A stretch of 60,810 nt of DNA. Source: an uncultured Planctomycetales bacterium. GTDB lineage: Bacteria; Planctomycetota; SZUA-567; JAFGNG01. The notes under the pieces were generated by a model. The model was given only the letters and a program-made list of their open reading frames with translations. It had not been told where the DNA came from and searched no databases. Below are positions 33,885 through 42,492 of this stretch, in pieces. The stretch's first letter is position 1. Every line of letters begins with the position of its first letter. The stretch spans positions 1-60,810 of the forward strand of contig CAZOBJ010000006.1 in NCBI GenBank assembly GCA_964577825.1, written 5' to 3'. Position numbers and translations under genes: made by a program.

Positions 33885-35147
33885 CTACTCGGCCGGCATC
33901 GCCTCGTCGGGCGCGGTCGCTCCCTCCGCCTCCTCAGGCATGGGGCTCGCGTGCGCGACCATGCCCGCCACCACGGGCTGCAGGCTCCACACGTTCTCGT
34001 GCCCGTTGCGCAGGCTGTGGAAGAAAAGCCGCCCCGGCCGGCTTCCGTTCGCCGGGTCCGGCCCCCAGGCCGGGCCCCAGTCCGGGGCGCTGTGGCTCGT
34101 GATCTGGGTGAGGTCCTCGCCCTGTTCGTGGACCACCCAGATGTCGTCGGCCTTGTAGATGCGCGCCTCCCACTGCGCGCCCGGGCTCTTGCGCACGCTG
34201 GCGAACGCGATGTAGTGCCCGTCCGGGCTCCAGCAGGGGTTGATGGCCGCCCACTGGTCGCTGAACACCACGTCGCGCGGCGCGCCCGCCAGCTCCACGG
34301 CCCCGTTGTCGTCCACGACCAGGGGAATCGTCCAGATGCCGTACCAGGGCACCCGGCGCTCGCGGTGCTTCTGGTACACGAGCGTGTAGAGCATCCGCCC
34401 GTCGGGGCCCGCCTCCGCCACGGGGCGGAACTCGGGGAACAGCCCCTCCGTGACCGCGCTCATGAACCGGGTCTGCATGTCCAGGACCCAGATGCGCCAG
34501 ATCCCGTCCATGCTGCTGTACCGGCTGAACGCGAGCAGCCGCCCGTCCGGGCTCCAGGACGGGTGGATCTCGTCCTCCGCGCTGCGGGTGAGCTGGCGTG
34601 GACGCGTGCGCGGCGTGCGGTCGGCCGCGGCGACCAGGATGTCCCAGTTGCCGTACCGGTTCGAGCACCAGGCGATCTGGTCCCCGTCGGGGCTGAACTT
34701 GGGCATCATGTCGCTGGCCGGGTCGCTCGTGTACAGGGTGACGGTCTTGCCGGCCACCGACTGGGTCACGATGTCCGGGTTGCGGCTGTAGCGCGTGGTG
34801 GCAAAGGCCATCCGCTTGCCCGTGCGGTCCACGTCCACGTCGTAGTCGCCGCCGCCCTCGGCAAAGGTCTGCTGGGAGATGCCGTCGAACCCGGTGCTGG
34901 TGATCATGTTCTCGAGCTCGTCCGGCCGGTAGGCCCCCTCCTGGAAGAGCTGCGGATCGTAATGGAAGCCCATCTGCCGCTTCTCTTCGGGGTCCACCGG
35001 GTCGCGGCGGGGCGCGGGCGCCTCGGCGGGCTCTTCGGCCGCGGGCTCCGGCCGGTCAAAGGGCTTGGTGAACGCGTCCGCGAGCATGCAGCCCGACAGG
35101 CCCGCACATGCCAGGGCCGCGGCGGCGAGGCCGGTCCAGCGCTTCAT
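33885..35147 (-). CDS. TolB-like beta-propeller (PD40 repeat) lipoprotein, 420 aa
   Basis: ATG 35147 after GGAGAG; lipobox LSGC; repeats PKFSPDG, PSWSPDG, PCWSPDG and PAWGP. Confidence 0.85.
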   Translation of the reverse strand: MKRWTGLAAAALACAGLSGCMLADAFTKPFDRPEPAAEEPAEAPAPRRDPVDPEEKRQMGFHYDPQLFQEGAYRPDELENMITSTGFDGISQQTFAEGGGDYDVDVDRTGKRMAFATTRYSRNPDIVTQSVAGKTVTLYTSDPASDMMPKFSPDGDQIAWCSNRYGNWDILVAAADRTPRTRPRQLTRSAEDEIHPSWSPDGRLLAFSRYSSMDGIWRIWVLDMQTRFMSAVTEGLFPEFRPVAEAGPDGRMLYTLVYQKHRERRVPWYGIWTIPLVVDDNGAVELAGAPRDVVFSDQWAAINPCWSPDGHYIAFASVRKSPGAQWEARIYKADDIWVVHEQGEDLTQITSHSAPDWGPAWGPDPANGSRPGRLFFHSLRNGHENVWSLQPVVAGMVAHASPMPEEAEGATAPDEAMPAE

Positions 35148-35380
35148 GAGCAGCTCTCCTCCCAAACGATGAGGCGGCTTGGCCGCAGCTTCCGGTCCAG
35201 GTGACCGCCGGCTTGCGGCGCAGCCTGTGTGTGTTATCGGTCAACGAGCCGGGAATCCTTCAACGGAATTCGGAAAGACTCGCGCCCGGGCCCGCCCGAC
35301 TTGCGGCGATCCGCCCTGCGCGCGCGCCGCCGCGGTCCGGGGCCTGGGCGCCGCGCGCGCAAAAACTGGAATCAATGCGT

Positions 35381-35408
35381 TTGACAGGCCGCAAACCGAC
35401 GATATAGT
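35381..35408 (+). promoter_or_regulatory. near-consensus sigma70 promoter for the small ORF and FliD-like gene
   Basis: TTGACA-N16-TATAGT. Confidence 0.65.
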
Positions 35409-35469
35409 GTGATTGTACAGGCTGTAACGCGGCCCGGGTTATCGGACCTGTGTCATAAGGAGAGACGGC

Positions 35470-35676
35470 GTGGCGCTCGAGCCGGTCGATGCAGGCACCA
35501 GGGCCCCGGCGGCCTACTCGGAACTCTCCCAGACCTCCCAGCAACTGGACCGCGCCGAACAGGCCCAGCGGCGCCCGCCCCCGGAGGAGACCGATCGGGA
35601 GCGCGAAGAGGCCCGCGCCGAGGAGCCGCCGCCGCCCCAGGAGCATCTGGGCAGGCAGATCGACGTGCTCGCGTAA
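35470..35676 (+). CDS. small protein with YjfB-like C-terminus, 68 aa
   Basis: GTG after AAGGAG; Glu/Pro-rich; ends HLGRQIDVLA, resembling the GxxIDxxA terminus of YjfB-type small motility-associated proteins. Confidence 0.6.
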   Translation: MALEPVDAGTRAPAAYSELSQTSQQLDRAEQAQRRPPPEETDREREEARAEEPPPPQEHLGRQIDVLA

Positions 35677-35734
35677 CGAACCGGCCGCCACGGACGGTGG
35701 CCGCAACACGTCATCCACGGAAGGATGACCCACT

Positions 35735-37966
35735 ATGCGAGTTCCCCCGCCGGCCCCTGTCGCGGGACGCGCGGCCCTGGCGCAGGCCCTCGGCCTGGCA
35801 GGCGCCTATGCGCGCCCCAGGGCCAACCGCAACGCGCAGCCCCGACCCCAGGGCGGACGCCTCCACCCAACGCACACGACGCATCGACGCGATCCGCTCG
35901 GCGCACTGCGCAGCGCGCATGTGCAGGTCAATGCGCCGGACGCGAACGCCGCTCCTTCGTCCCGGCGCGCCCAGTCTGCCGACGGGCAGTCCGCCCTGCC
36001 CCGGGACGCCGGGGCCCAGCCGGCGGCCGACGAGGCGCAGTCGCTCGAGCCGCCCCTCGAGTACGAGGTGCCCCTGGGCGAGAGCGGCGTGGGCGACGTG
36101 GGCGATCCGCGGCTGGCCACCGCGCTCCTGCGCCTGTTCGCGTTCGAGGCCCAGCACGCCGCGGCCCAACGTCGCAAGGCCGTCGAACAAGGCGTGATCC
36201 GGCCCCGCACGAACATCGAGCTGCACACGGTCCTGGACGAGTCCGCGCGTCCCGTGCCCGTGGCCGGCAAGACCGAGACCACGGGCGACACGAACGGCAA
36301 CGGCGCACACGAGACCGTGATGCGCGAACTCGCGTATTTGAGCGACCGGCGGCGCCTATTCATCCAGCAGGGCGGCCTGCTCTACGGCCTTCAGTCGCGG
36401 CCCATGCCCCGGATCCTGCACGCGGGCACCGCGGCGAGTGCGCGCAGCGTGTACGACGCGCGCGCGCAGCTGCGCCGCGTGAACCGCCCCACCGGCGTGG
36501 AGGTGGTCCGGGGACTCGCGTCCGAGGAACTGAACCGCACCCTGGAGGCCCTCGGCCCGGTGGAGAAGGCCCTGCGCGAGCTGTCCGAGACCCTGCACGA
36601 ATTGACTGCGGACGAAGCCCTGGCCGCGGCGTCTGTGGACAGCGACTCCCCCGCGGTGCGGGCGAGCTTGCGCGCGCGCACCGCGCCCGTGGGCGCGTAC
36701 CAGGTCCGCGCAGAACAGGTCGCCACTGCACACACCGTGGAGAGCGACTACTTCCCCGCGCGCAGCCTCACCGACGACCCTCTGGGTCTGTCGGGCAGCT
36801 TTACACTCAACGGCACGACCGTGACCGTGGAGGCCGAGGACACGCTCTGGGACCTGGCCGAGGCCATCACCTGGGGCGAGGACCGCAATCGCAACGGCGC
36901 CCTGGACCGGGCCGAGGACTTCTACGGCCCCGACGCGGAGGACTACGCCGAGGACCGGAACGACAACGGCCGGCTCGACGGCGGCACGCGCGCGCACGGG
37001 GTGCGTGCCGAGGTGCGCGACCGGCGGCTGCGCCTGACCGCGGCCCAACCCGGGCCCGAGCCAATCCAGGTCACGGATCCCGACGGCATCCTCGCCGAGC
37101 TCGGGCTCGTCGACACGGTGGACGGGCGCCTCCAGTTCGCGCACGAGGTCACGGCGCCCGCGCGCGCGCGCCTGTCCGTCGACGGGCAGGCCCTGGAGGC
37201 GGCCACGAACACGGTGGACGAGGCCATCGACGGCGTTCGCCTGACCCTCCACGAAGCGACCGATTCGCCGGTGGAGGTGACGGTTTCCGCGGACGCCGAG
37301 GCCCTGGCCGAGGAACTGAGCGGTCTCGTGGACACGTTCAACAACGCCATGCGCGCGCTCAACCGTGCTCTCGACTCGCAGACCGGGCTCTTGCACGACG
37401 TGGAGCACGTGGCCCGCGTTCGCATCGACCTGCGCGACCAGAGCACCGCGCCCGTGCCCGCGCAGCCGGCCGCCTACGACGAGCCCGAGGAGGCGGGCCT
37501 GTCCGCGCAGCCGGGGCGGCCGATCACGTTCCACCGCGCGCAGCTGGGCGCGGCCCTCCAGGACCTGAAGATGCGCCTCACCGGCCTGGGCGAAGACCTG
37601 CGGCCTCTCCAGCGCCAGACGGGCACGGCCTCGGTGTACAACGCCCTGGACCGGATCGGCATCACCGCGGCCGACGACGACACCCTGGCCCTGGACCGGG
37701 ACAAGCTCGCCCAGGCCGTGGCCGACGACCTGCCGGCCGTGCGCGGCCTGTTCGGCAAGCCGGAGGGGTACGTGCCCCGGCTCGCGCGCACCGTGGACGG
37801 GGCCGTGCGCACGGACTCCGGGCTCCTGCCCCTTGCGCGCGCGCGCACCGAGCAACTTCTCCGAGCCGTCACCGTCACCCGCCTGCGCGAGGCCTGGATT
37901 GGCGCCCAGCGAAGCGCGCTCAGCCCTGCGGGCGAGTCTCGGCTGCTCCTGCGCGCCTTGGCCTAG
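35735..37966 (+). CDS. FliD-like (flagellar cap-like) protein with a long novel N-terminal extension, 743 aa
   Basis: FliD-N-like GAYQVRAEQVATAH; flagellin-IN-like GSFTLNGTTVTVEAEDTL; FliD-C-like VDGQALEAATNTVDEAIDGVRLTL, SGLVDTFN and IGITAADDDTLALDRDKLAQAV...VRGLFG. Confidence 0.72.
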   Translation: MRVPPPAPVAGRAALAQALGLAGAYARPRANRNAQPRPQGGRLHPTHTTHRRDPLGALRSAHVQVNAPDANAAPSSRRAQSADGQSALPRDAGAQPAADEAQSLEPPLEYEVPLGESGVGDVGDPRLATALLRLFAFEAQHAAAQRRKAVEQGVIRPRTNIELHTVLDESARPVPVAGKTETTGDTNGNGAHETVMRELAYLSDRRRLFIQQGGLLYGLQSRPMPRILHAGTAASARSVYDARAQLRRVNRPTGVEVVRGLASEELNRTLEALGPVEKALRELSETLHELTADEALAAASVDSDSPAVRASLRARTAPVGAYQVRAEQVATAHTVESDYFPARSLTDDPLGLSGSFTLNGTTVTVEAEDTLWDLAEAITWGEDRNRNGALDRAEDFYGPDAEDYAEDRNDNGRLDGGTRAHGVRAEVRDRRLRLTAAQPGPEPIQVTDPDGILAELGLVDTVDGRLQFAHEVTAPARARLSVDGQALEAATNTVDEAIDGVRLTLHEATDSPVEVTVSADAEALAEELSGLVDTFNNAMRALNRALDSQTGLLHDVEHVARVRIDLRDQSTAPVPAQPAAYDEPEEAGLSAQPGRPITFHRAQLGAALQDLKMRLTGLGEDLRPLQRQTGTASVYNALDRIGITAADDDTLALDRDKLAQAVADDLPAVRGLFGKPEGYVPRLARTVDGAVRTDSGLLPLARARTEQLLRAVTVTRLREAWIGAQRSALSPAGESRLLLRALA

Positions 37967-38146
37967 ACGGCCCGCGCGCCGCCTTCCCCGGCAGGCCGCA
38001 TTCCCTACAATACGCGCGCAGGAACGCGCACCCGCGCGCGACAGTAAGTGCGGACTCCCGCCCACAGGGGGCATGGCGCGCCATGGCGTGCGCGCGCACA
38101 GGGCTCTACTGCGATTGGCCCAAGAGCTCACCACGCGGAGACGGCA

Positions 38147-38902
38147 GTGACTCGCATCGTGTCCTGGAACGTGAACGGCCTGCGCGCGGCCCTGCGCAAG
38201 GGGTTCCTGGACTTCGTGGCCGCCGAGAATCCGGACATCCTGTGCCTTCAGGAGGTGCGCGCCACCCCGGACCAGGTCGCCATCGACCTGCCCGGCTACG
38301 CCGCGCATTGGCACCCGGCCCGGCGCAAGGGGTATGCGGGCACCGCGGTCTTCACCAAAACCGCCCCGCTTGCGGTCGACCGGGGCCTGGGCGAACGGGC
38401 GCCGGATACCGAGGGCCGGGTGCTCACCCTGGACTATCCGCGGTTCGCCCTGGTCACCGTGTACACCCCGAACGTGGGCCGCACGCTCGCGCGGCTCGCG
38501 TACCGCGCGCGCACCTGGGACCCGGCCTTCCGCGCGCACGTGTGCGAGCTCGCAGCGCGCAAGCCCGTGGTGTTCTGCGGGGACCTGAACGTCGCCCACC
38601 AGGAGATCGACCTCGCCGACCCGGACGGCAACCGCGGCAACGCCGGGTTCACGGACGAAGAGCGCGCCGGGTTCGACGCTCTGCTCGCCGAGGGATTCCT
38701 GGACACGTTTCGCCAGTTTACGACGCAGGGCGGCCACTACACCTGGTGGAGCTACTGGGGCAAGGCCCGGTCGGCCAACCACGGATGGCGCATCGACTAC
38801 GTGTGCGTGTCGCCCCAACTGCGCGCCGGTCTCGCGCGCGCGGACATCCTCGGAGACGTGACCGGCTCCGACCACGCGCCTGTGGCCGTGACCCTGGACT
38901 AG
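38147..38902 (+). CDS. xth: exodeoxyribonuclease III / AP endonuclease, 251 aa
   Basis: GTG 38147 after GGAG; SWNVNG, LCLQE, GDLNVAH, YTWWSY, WRIDY and GSDHAP. Confidence 0.95.
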   Translation: MTRIVSWNVNGLRAALRKGFLDFVAAENPDILCLQEVRATPDQVAIDLPGYAAHWHPARRKGYAGTAVFTKTAPLAVDRGLGERAPDTEGRVLTLDYPRFALVTVYTPNVGRTLARLAYRARTWDPAFRAHVCELAARKPVVFCGDLNVAHQEIDLADPDGNRGNAGFTDEERAGFDALLAEGFLDTFRQFTTQGGHYTWWSYWGKARSANHGWRIDYVCVSPQLRAGLARADILGDVTGSDHAPVAVTLD

Positions 38903-38935
38903 GGCCGAAGACGCAGAATCCGTTTCCGCTCTCCG

Positions 38936-38964
38936 TTGAAACGGACCGGCCGGTTGCGTACCAT
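38936..38964 (+). promoter_or_regulatory. putative sigma70 promoter for the ABC operon
   Basis: TTGAAA-N17-TACCAT; the -35 overlaps an 8-bp inverted repeat. Confidence 0.5.
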
Positions 38965-39011
38965 GGATCGGCCACAAAACCCAGGCGACGCCCAGGCAGA
39001 GAAGTAAAGGT

Positions 39012-39965
39012 ATGATCGACGTCGAACATCTCTCCAAGTCCTACGGGCCCCGGCCCGCGCTCGTGGACCTGAACCTCCACGTGTCCGCAGGGGGCGTGGT
39101 GGGGTTGCTGGGCGTCAACGGCGCGGGCAAGACCACGCTCATGCGCATCCTCACCGGGTTCCTGACCCCGACCGCGGGCCGCGCGCGCGTGTGCGGGTAC
39201 GACGTGGAGGCCGACCCCCTGGCCGTGAAGCGCCGGGTGGGATACCTGCCCGAGACCACGCCTCTGCATCCGGAGCTTCGGGTCACCGAGTTCCTGGCCT
39301 ACCGGGCCCGGCTCAAGGGGCTCGCCCGCTCCGCGGCGCGCGACGCCGTGGCCCGCGCAATCGACCGCGCCGGGCTGCGCGAGGTGGCGGACCGGATCAT
39401 CGGCCAGCTCTCGCGCGGCTACCGGCAGCGCACCGGGCTCGCCGAGTGCCTGCTCGTGGACGCGCCCCTGCTCGTGCTCGACGAGCCCACCGCCGGGCTC
39501 GACCCGCACCAGGCCCGCGAGACCCGGGCGCTCGTAACCGAGCTCGGGCGCGACCATACCGTGCTCCTGTCCACGCACATCCTGCATGACGCGGAGCTCA
39601 TGTGCCAGGAGGTGGTGATCATCCACGAGGGCCGTCTCGTGGCCGTGGACAGTCCCCAGGCCCTGTGCGCGCGCCGGCCCGGCCCGCGGGCCCTGCTCGT
39701 GGCCGTGGGCGCGCCGCAGGGGGCCCGGGTGGCCGAGGCGCTCACGGGCCTCTCGGGCGTGCGCGCGGCCGACGAGGTCGCGGGCACGGACGAGGCGCGG
39801 CGGTGGCGGCTGTCCGTCGACCGGACCGAACAGGCCCGCCAAGCCGTGCCCGGCCTGTGCGCCCAGCAGGGCTGGACCCTGTGCGAGCTGCGGCTCGAGC
39901 CCGTGCGCCTGGAGGACATCTTCGCGGACCTGACCGCCGCTTCGCAGCGCGAGGGCGTGTCGTGA
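39012..39965 (+). CDS. ABC transporter ATP-binding protein (GldA-like), 317 aa
   Basis: Walker A GVNGAGKT, signature LSRGYRQR, Walker B LVLDEPTAG and H-loop STH. Confidence 0.93.
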   Translation: MIDVEHLSKSYGPRPALVDLNLHVSAGGVVGLLGVNGAGKTTLMRILTGFLTPTAGRARVCGYDVEADPLAVKRRVGYLPETTPLHPELRVTEFLAYRARLKGLARSAARDAVARAIDRAGLREVADRIIGQLSRGYRQRTGLAECLLVDAPLLVLDEPTAGLDPHQARETRALVTELGRDHTVLLSTHILHDAELMCQEVVIIHEGRLVAVDSPQALCARRPGPRALLVAVGAPQGARVAEALTGLSGVRAADEVAGTDEARRWRLSVDRTEQARQAVPGLCAQQGWTLCELRLEPVRLEDIFADLTAASQREGVS

Positions 39966-42478
39966 TCGAACCTGCGGGCCTCGGCGACCTGATGGTGCGG
40001 ATTCTGACTCTGCGGGCGTTCCCGTTCCTGTCCGCGGCCTGGGTGGTGTTCCTCGTGGTGCGAGCGCTTGTGCTCGCGCCGATCGTGGGCCTCTTCGTGA
40101 GCGCCCAGATGCGCCGGGAGTGCCTGTCCATCGCCGTGGCGCCGGTCACCTACATCGTGGCCACCCTGTTTGTGTTCATCACCTCGCTCGTCTTCTATCT
40201 CGCGCCGCTGGAGAACCCGGTGGCGAGCTTCGAGCCGGTGGCCATCTACATCAAGTTCCTGGGCATCTTCTTCGTGCCCCTGTTGACCATGCGGCTGGTG
40301 GCCGAGGAGCGGCGCAGCGGCACGATCGAGCTCCTGCTCACCGCGCCCGTGCGCATCCGGGAGGTGGTGCTCGCCAAGTTCGGCGCGGGGTTCTTGTTCT
40401 TCCTGGGGATGCTCGCGCCGTGCGCGGTGTATGCGGCGCTTCTGATGTGGATGGGCGACCTGGACGGCGGCGAGACGCTCGCCAGCCTGGCCGGGCTCGC
40501 GCTGCTGGGCGCGGCCTACACCTCGATCGGGCTCTTCGCCTCGAGCTGCACCCGCAGCCAGGTGGCCGCGGCCATGAGCGCGACCGCGGTCTCGCTCGTT
40601 TTGTGGCTCGTGTGGCACCTCGGCGACGAGGCGACCGTCCTGGGCCGGATCTGGCAGGGGCTCAGCTTCAAGGGGCACCTGGACACCTCGTTCACCAAGG
40701 GCGTGGTGGACAGCGCGGACGCCCTGTACTTCCTGAGCGTAACCGGGTTCTTCCTGTTCCTGGCCGGGGCGGTGCTGCGCGCGGGCGCGGCGCTCGGGGC
40801 CGGGCTGCGCGGACCGGGCCCGCGGCGCCCGTTCGCGGCGCTCGTGGCCGCCGTGGTGGGCGGCGAGGCGCTCCTCTTCCTGGTCGCGGTCCTGCATGTG
40901 ACGGGGCTCTCCCTGGCGCAGGTGCCGCAGGTGTGGCGCGCGGCGGCGTGGCCGGTTCTCGTCTGGATCGTCGCACCCGCCGCGGTGGCCATGGCCGGGG
41001 GCCTGACAACGCTTCTTCTCTTGCGGCGCGCGATGGCCGCGCGCGTGCGCCGGCTCGCGGCGCAGACCCGCCTGCCCGCCACCCTGGTGGGGGCGACGGG
41101 CGCGCTCCTCGTGCTTGTGAACGCGAACGTACTCGCCGGATGGTTCGCCTGGCGCCAGGACGTAAGCGAAGCGCGCCTGCACGCGCTCAGCCCGCAGACC
41201 GAGCGCGTACTCGACGCGCTCGATGAGCCCGTGCACATCACCGTGTTCTACAGCAGCCAGGACCGGTACGACGGATATCCGCTGCTCAAGCGCACCCGCG
41301 GCCTGCTGGAGGAGTACACCGCCCGCTCGTCCCAGGTGCTCGTCACCTACCTGGACCCGGACGCTTCGCTTGAGCGCGCGGCGCGCGTGGCCAGAGAAAA
41401 GGGCCTGGACCTCGAGCGGCTCGCGGAGTTCGCGCTCGTGGAGCACCGCGGACGCCGCACCGTGGTCCCCTGGGTGTACGTGGCCCACGAGCAGCGCGAC
41501 CTGCGCGGGCGCAGCAACCGGGTGTTCCGCGGCGAGCTCGCGTTCACCAACGCGATCCAGCAACTGCGCACCACCCGCACCCCGCACGTGTACGTGACCG
41601 AGGAACACGGCGAGTACAACGCCTTCAGCCACGTGCACGCCGACCGGAGCATGGGCGCGTTCGCGCGGGAGCTGCGCCGCAACGGGTGCGAGGTTCACCG
41701 CCTGGGCCTGGTGCCGGAGACCGAGATTCCCGCCGACTGCGACATGCTGGTCCTGGCCGGTCCGTCCCGACCCTTCGGCACGCCCGAGCGCACGGCCCTG
41801 CGCGCGTACCTGGACAACGGCGGACGGGCCTTGTTCCTCGTGGACCCGCCGCCCGCGCCCGGGCTCTCGTACGGGCTGGACAAGGTTTTGGCCCGCTACG
41901 GCGCGCTTCTGCAGCAGGACCTTGTCTACGATCCGCGCAACGCGGTCGGCGGACGCCAGGGCATCGTGCTCGCGGAGGGCAGCACCGAGCACCCGATCAC
42001 CCGGCTCGAAGGGGGGCTCGTCTGCTACCTGCGCGCGGCCCAGTCCGTGGGCGTGCGCAGCGCCCCGGGCGTGTCCGAGGACTGGAACCTCTCGTATCTG
42101 TTGGCCACGGGGCCGAGCGCGATCTCCGTGACCCTGCAACGGTCCGGCGACGAGAAGCCGCGCACCCGGCGGGGCTCGTTCCCCTGCGCGGCCGCGCTCC
42201 AGGGGCCAAAGGGCGCCCGGATCGTGGTCGTGGGCGATGCGGACCTGGCGGGCAACCCGGACATCGACAAGGCGCACAACCGCGTGTTTCTCGTCTCCGC
42301 GGTGCAGTGGCTGCTTGATCGGAAGGACACCTTGTCCATTCCCTCGCGTGCGGACCGCAGCCGGCGGCTGGAGTACACCGCCCTGCGGCGGCGGACGGTC
42401 TTCTGGACGGCGGTGGTGGGCGTGCCGCAGATCTATCTGCTCGTCGGCGCGCTCGTGTGGTGGCGGCGGCGACAGTAG
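39962..42478 (+). CDS. ABC-2 permease (GldF-like) fused to a GldG-like periplasmic domain, 838 aa
   Basis: GTG overlaps the upstream TGA. TMRLVAEERRSGTIELLLTAP...VLAKF. Then DVSEARLHALSPQT, GEL.FTNAI, EEHGE, LAGP...F and VVGDAD; C-terminal TM. Confidence 0.82.
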   Translation: MIEPAGLGDLMVRILTLRAFPFLSAAWVVFLVVRALVLAPIVGLFVSAQMRRECLSIAVAPVTYIVATLFVFITSLVFYLAPLENPVASFEPVAIYIKFLGIFFVPLLTMRLVAEERRSGTIELLLTAPVRIREVVLAKFGAGFLFFLGMLAPCAVYAALLMWMGDLDGGETLASLAGLALLGAAYTSIGLFASSCTRSQVAAAMSATAVSLVLWLVWHLGDEATVLGRIWQGLSFKGHLDTSFTKGVVDSADALYFLSVTGFFLFLAGAVLRAGAALGAGLRGPGPRRPFAALVAAVVGGEALLFLVAVLHVTGLSLAQVPQVWRAAAWPVLVWIVAPAAVAMAGGLTTLLLLRRAMAARVRRLAAQTRLPATLVGATGALLVLVNANVLAGWFAWRQDVSEARLHALSPQTERVLDALDEPVHITVFYSSQDRYDGYPLLKRTRGLLEEYTARSSQVLVTYLDPDASLERAARVAREKGLDLERLAEFALVEHRGRRTVVPWVYVAHEQRDLRGRSNRVFRGELAFTNAIQQLRTTRTPHVYVTEEHGEYNAFSHVHADRSMGAFARELRRNGCEVHRLGLVPETEIPADCDMLVLAGPSRPFGTPERTALRAYLDNGGRALFLVDPPPAPGLSYGLDKVLARYGALLQQDLVYDPRNAVGGRQGIVLAEGSTEHPITRLEGGLVCYLRAAQSVGVRSAPGVSEDWNLSYLLATGPSAISVTLQRSGDEKPRTRRGSFPCAAALQGPKGARIVVVGDADLAGNPDIDKAHNRVFLVSAVQWLLDRKDTLSIPSRADRSRRLEYTALRRRTVFWTAVVGVPQIYLLVGALVWWRRRQ

Positions 42479-42492
42479 CCCGGGGAGAGTTC

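Noticed and set aside
33885-35147. Calling the propeller gene tolB of a Tol-Pal system
   Set aside because: It has a lipobox, and no tolQ/R/A or pal is in the window.
38073-38150. 25-codon uORF (MARHGVRAH...) overlapping the xth start
   Set aside because: No independent support; such short frames arise by chance.
35725-39015. 1096-aa Arg/Pro/Gly-rich plus-strand ORF
   Set aside because: Alternative frame over the FliD-like gene and xth; composition typical of off-frame GC-rich DNA.
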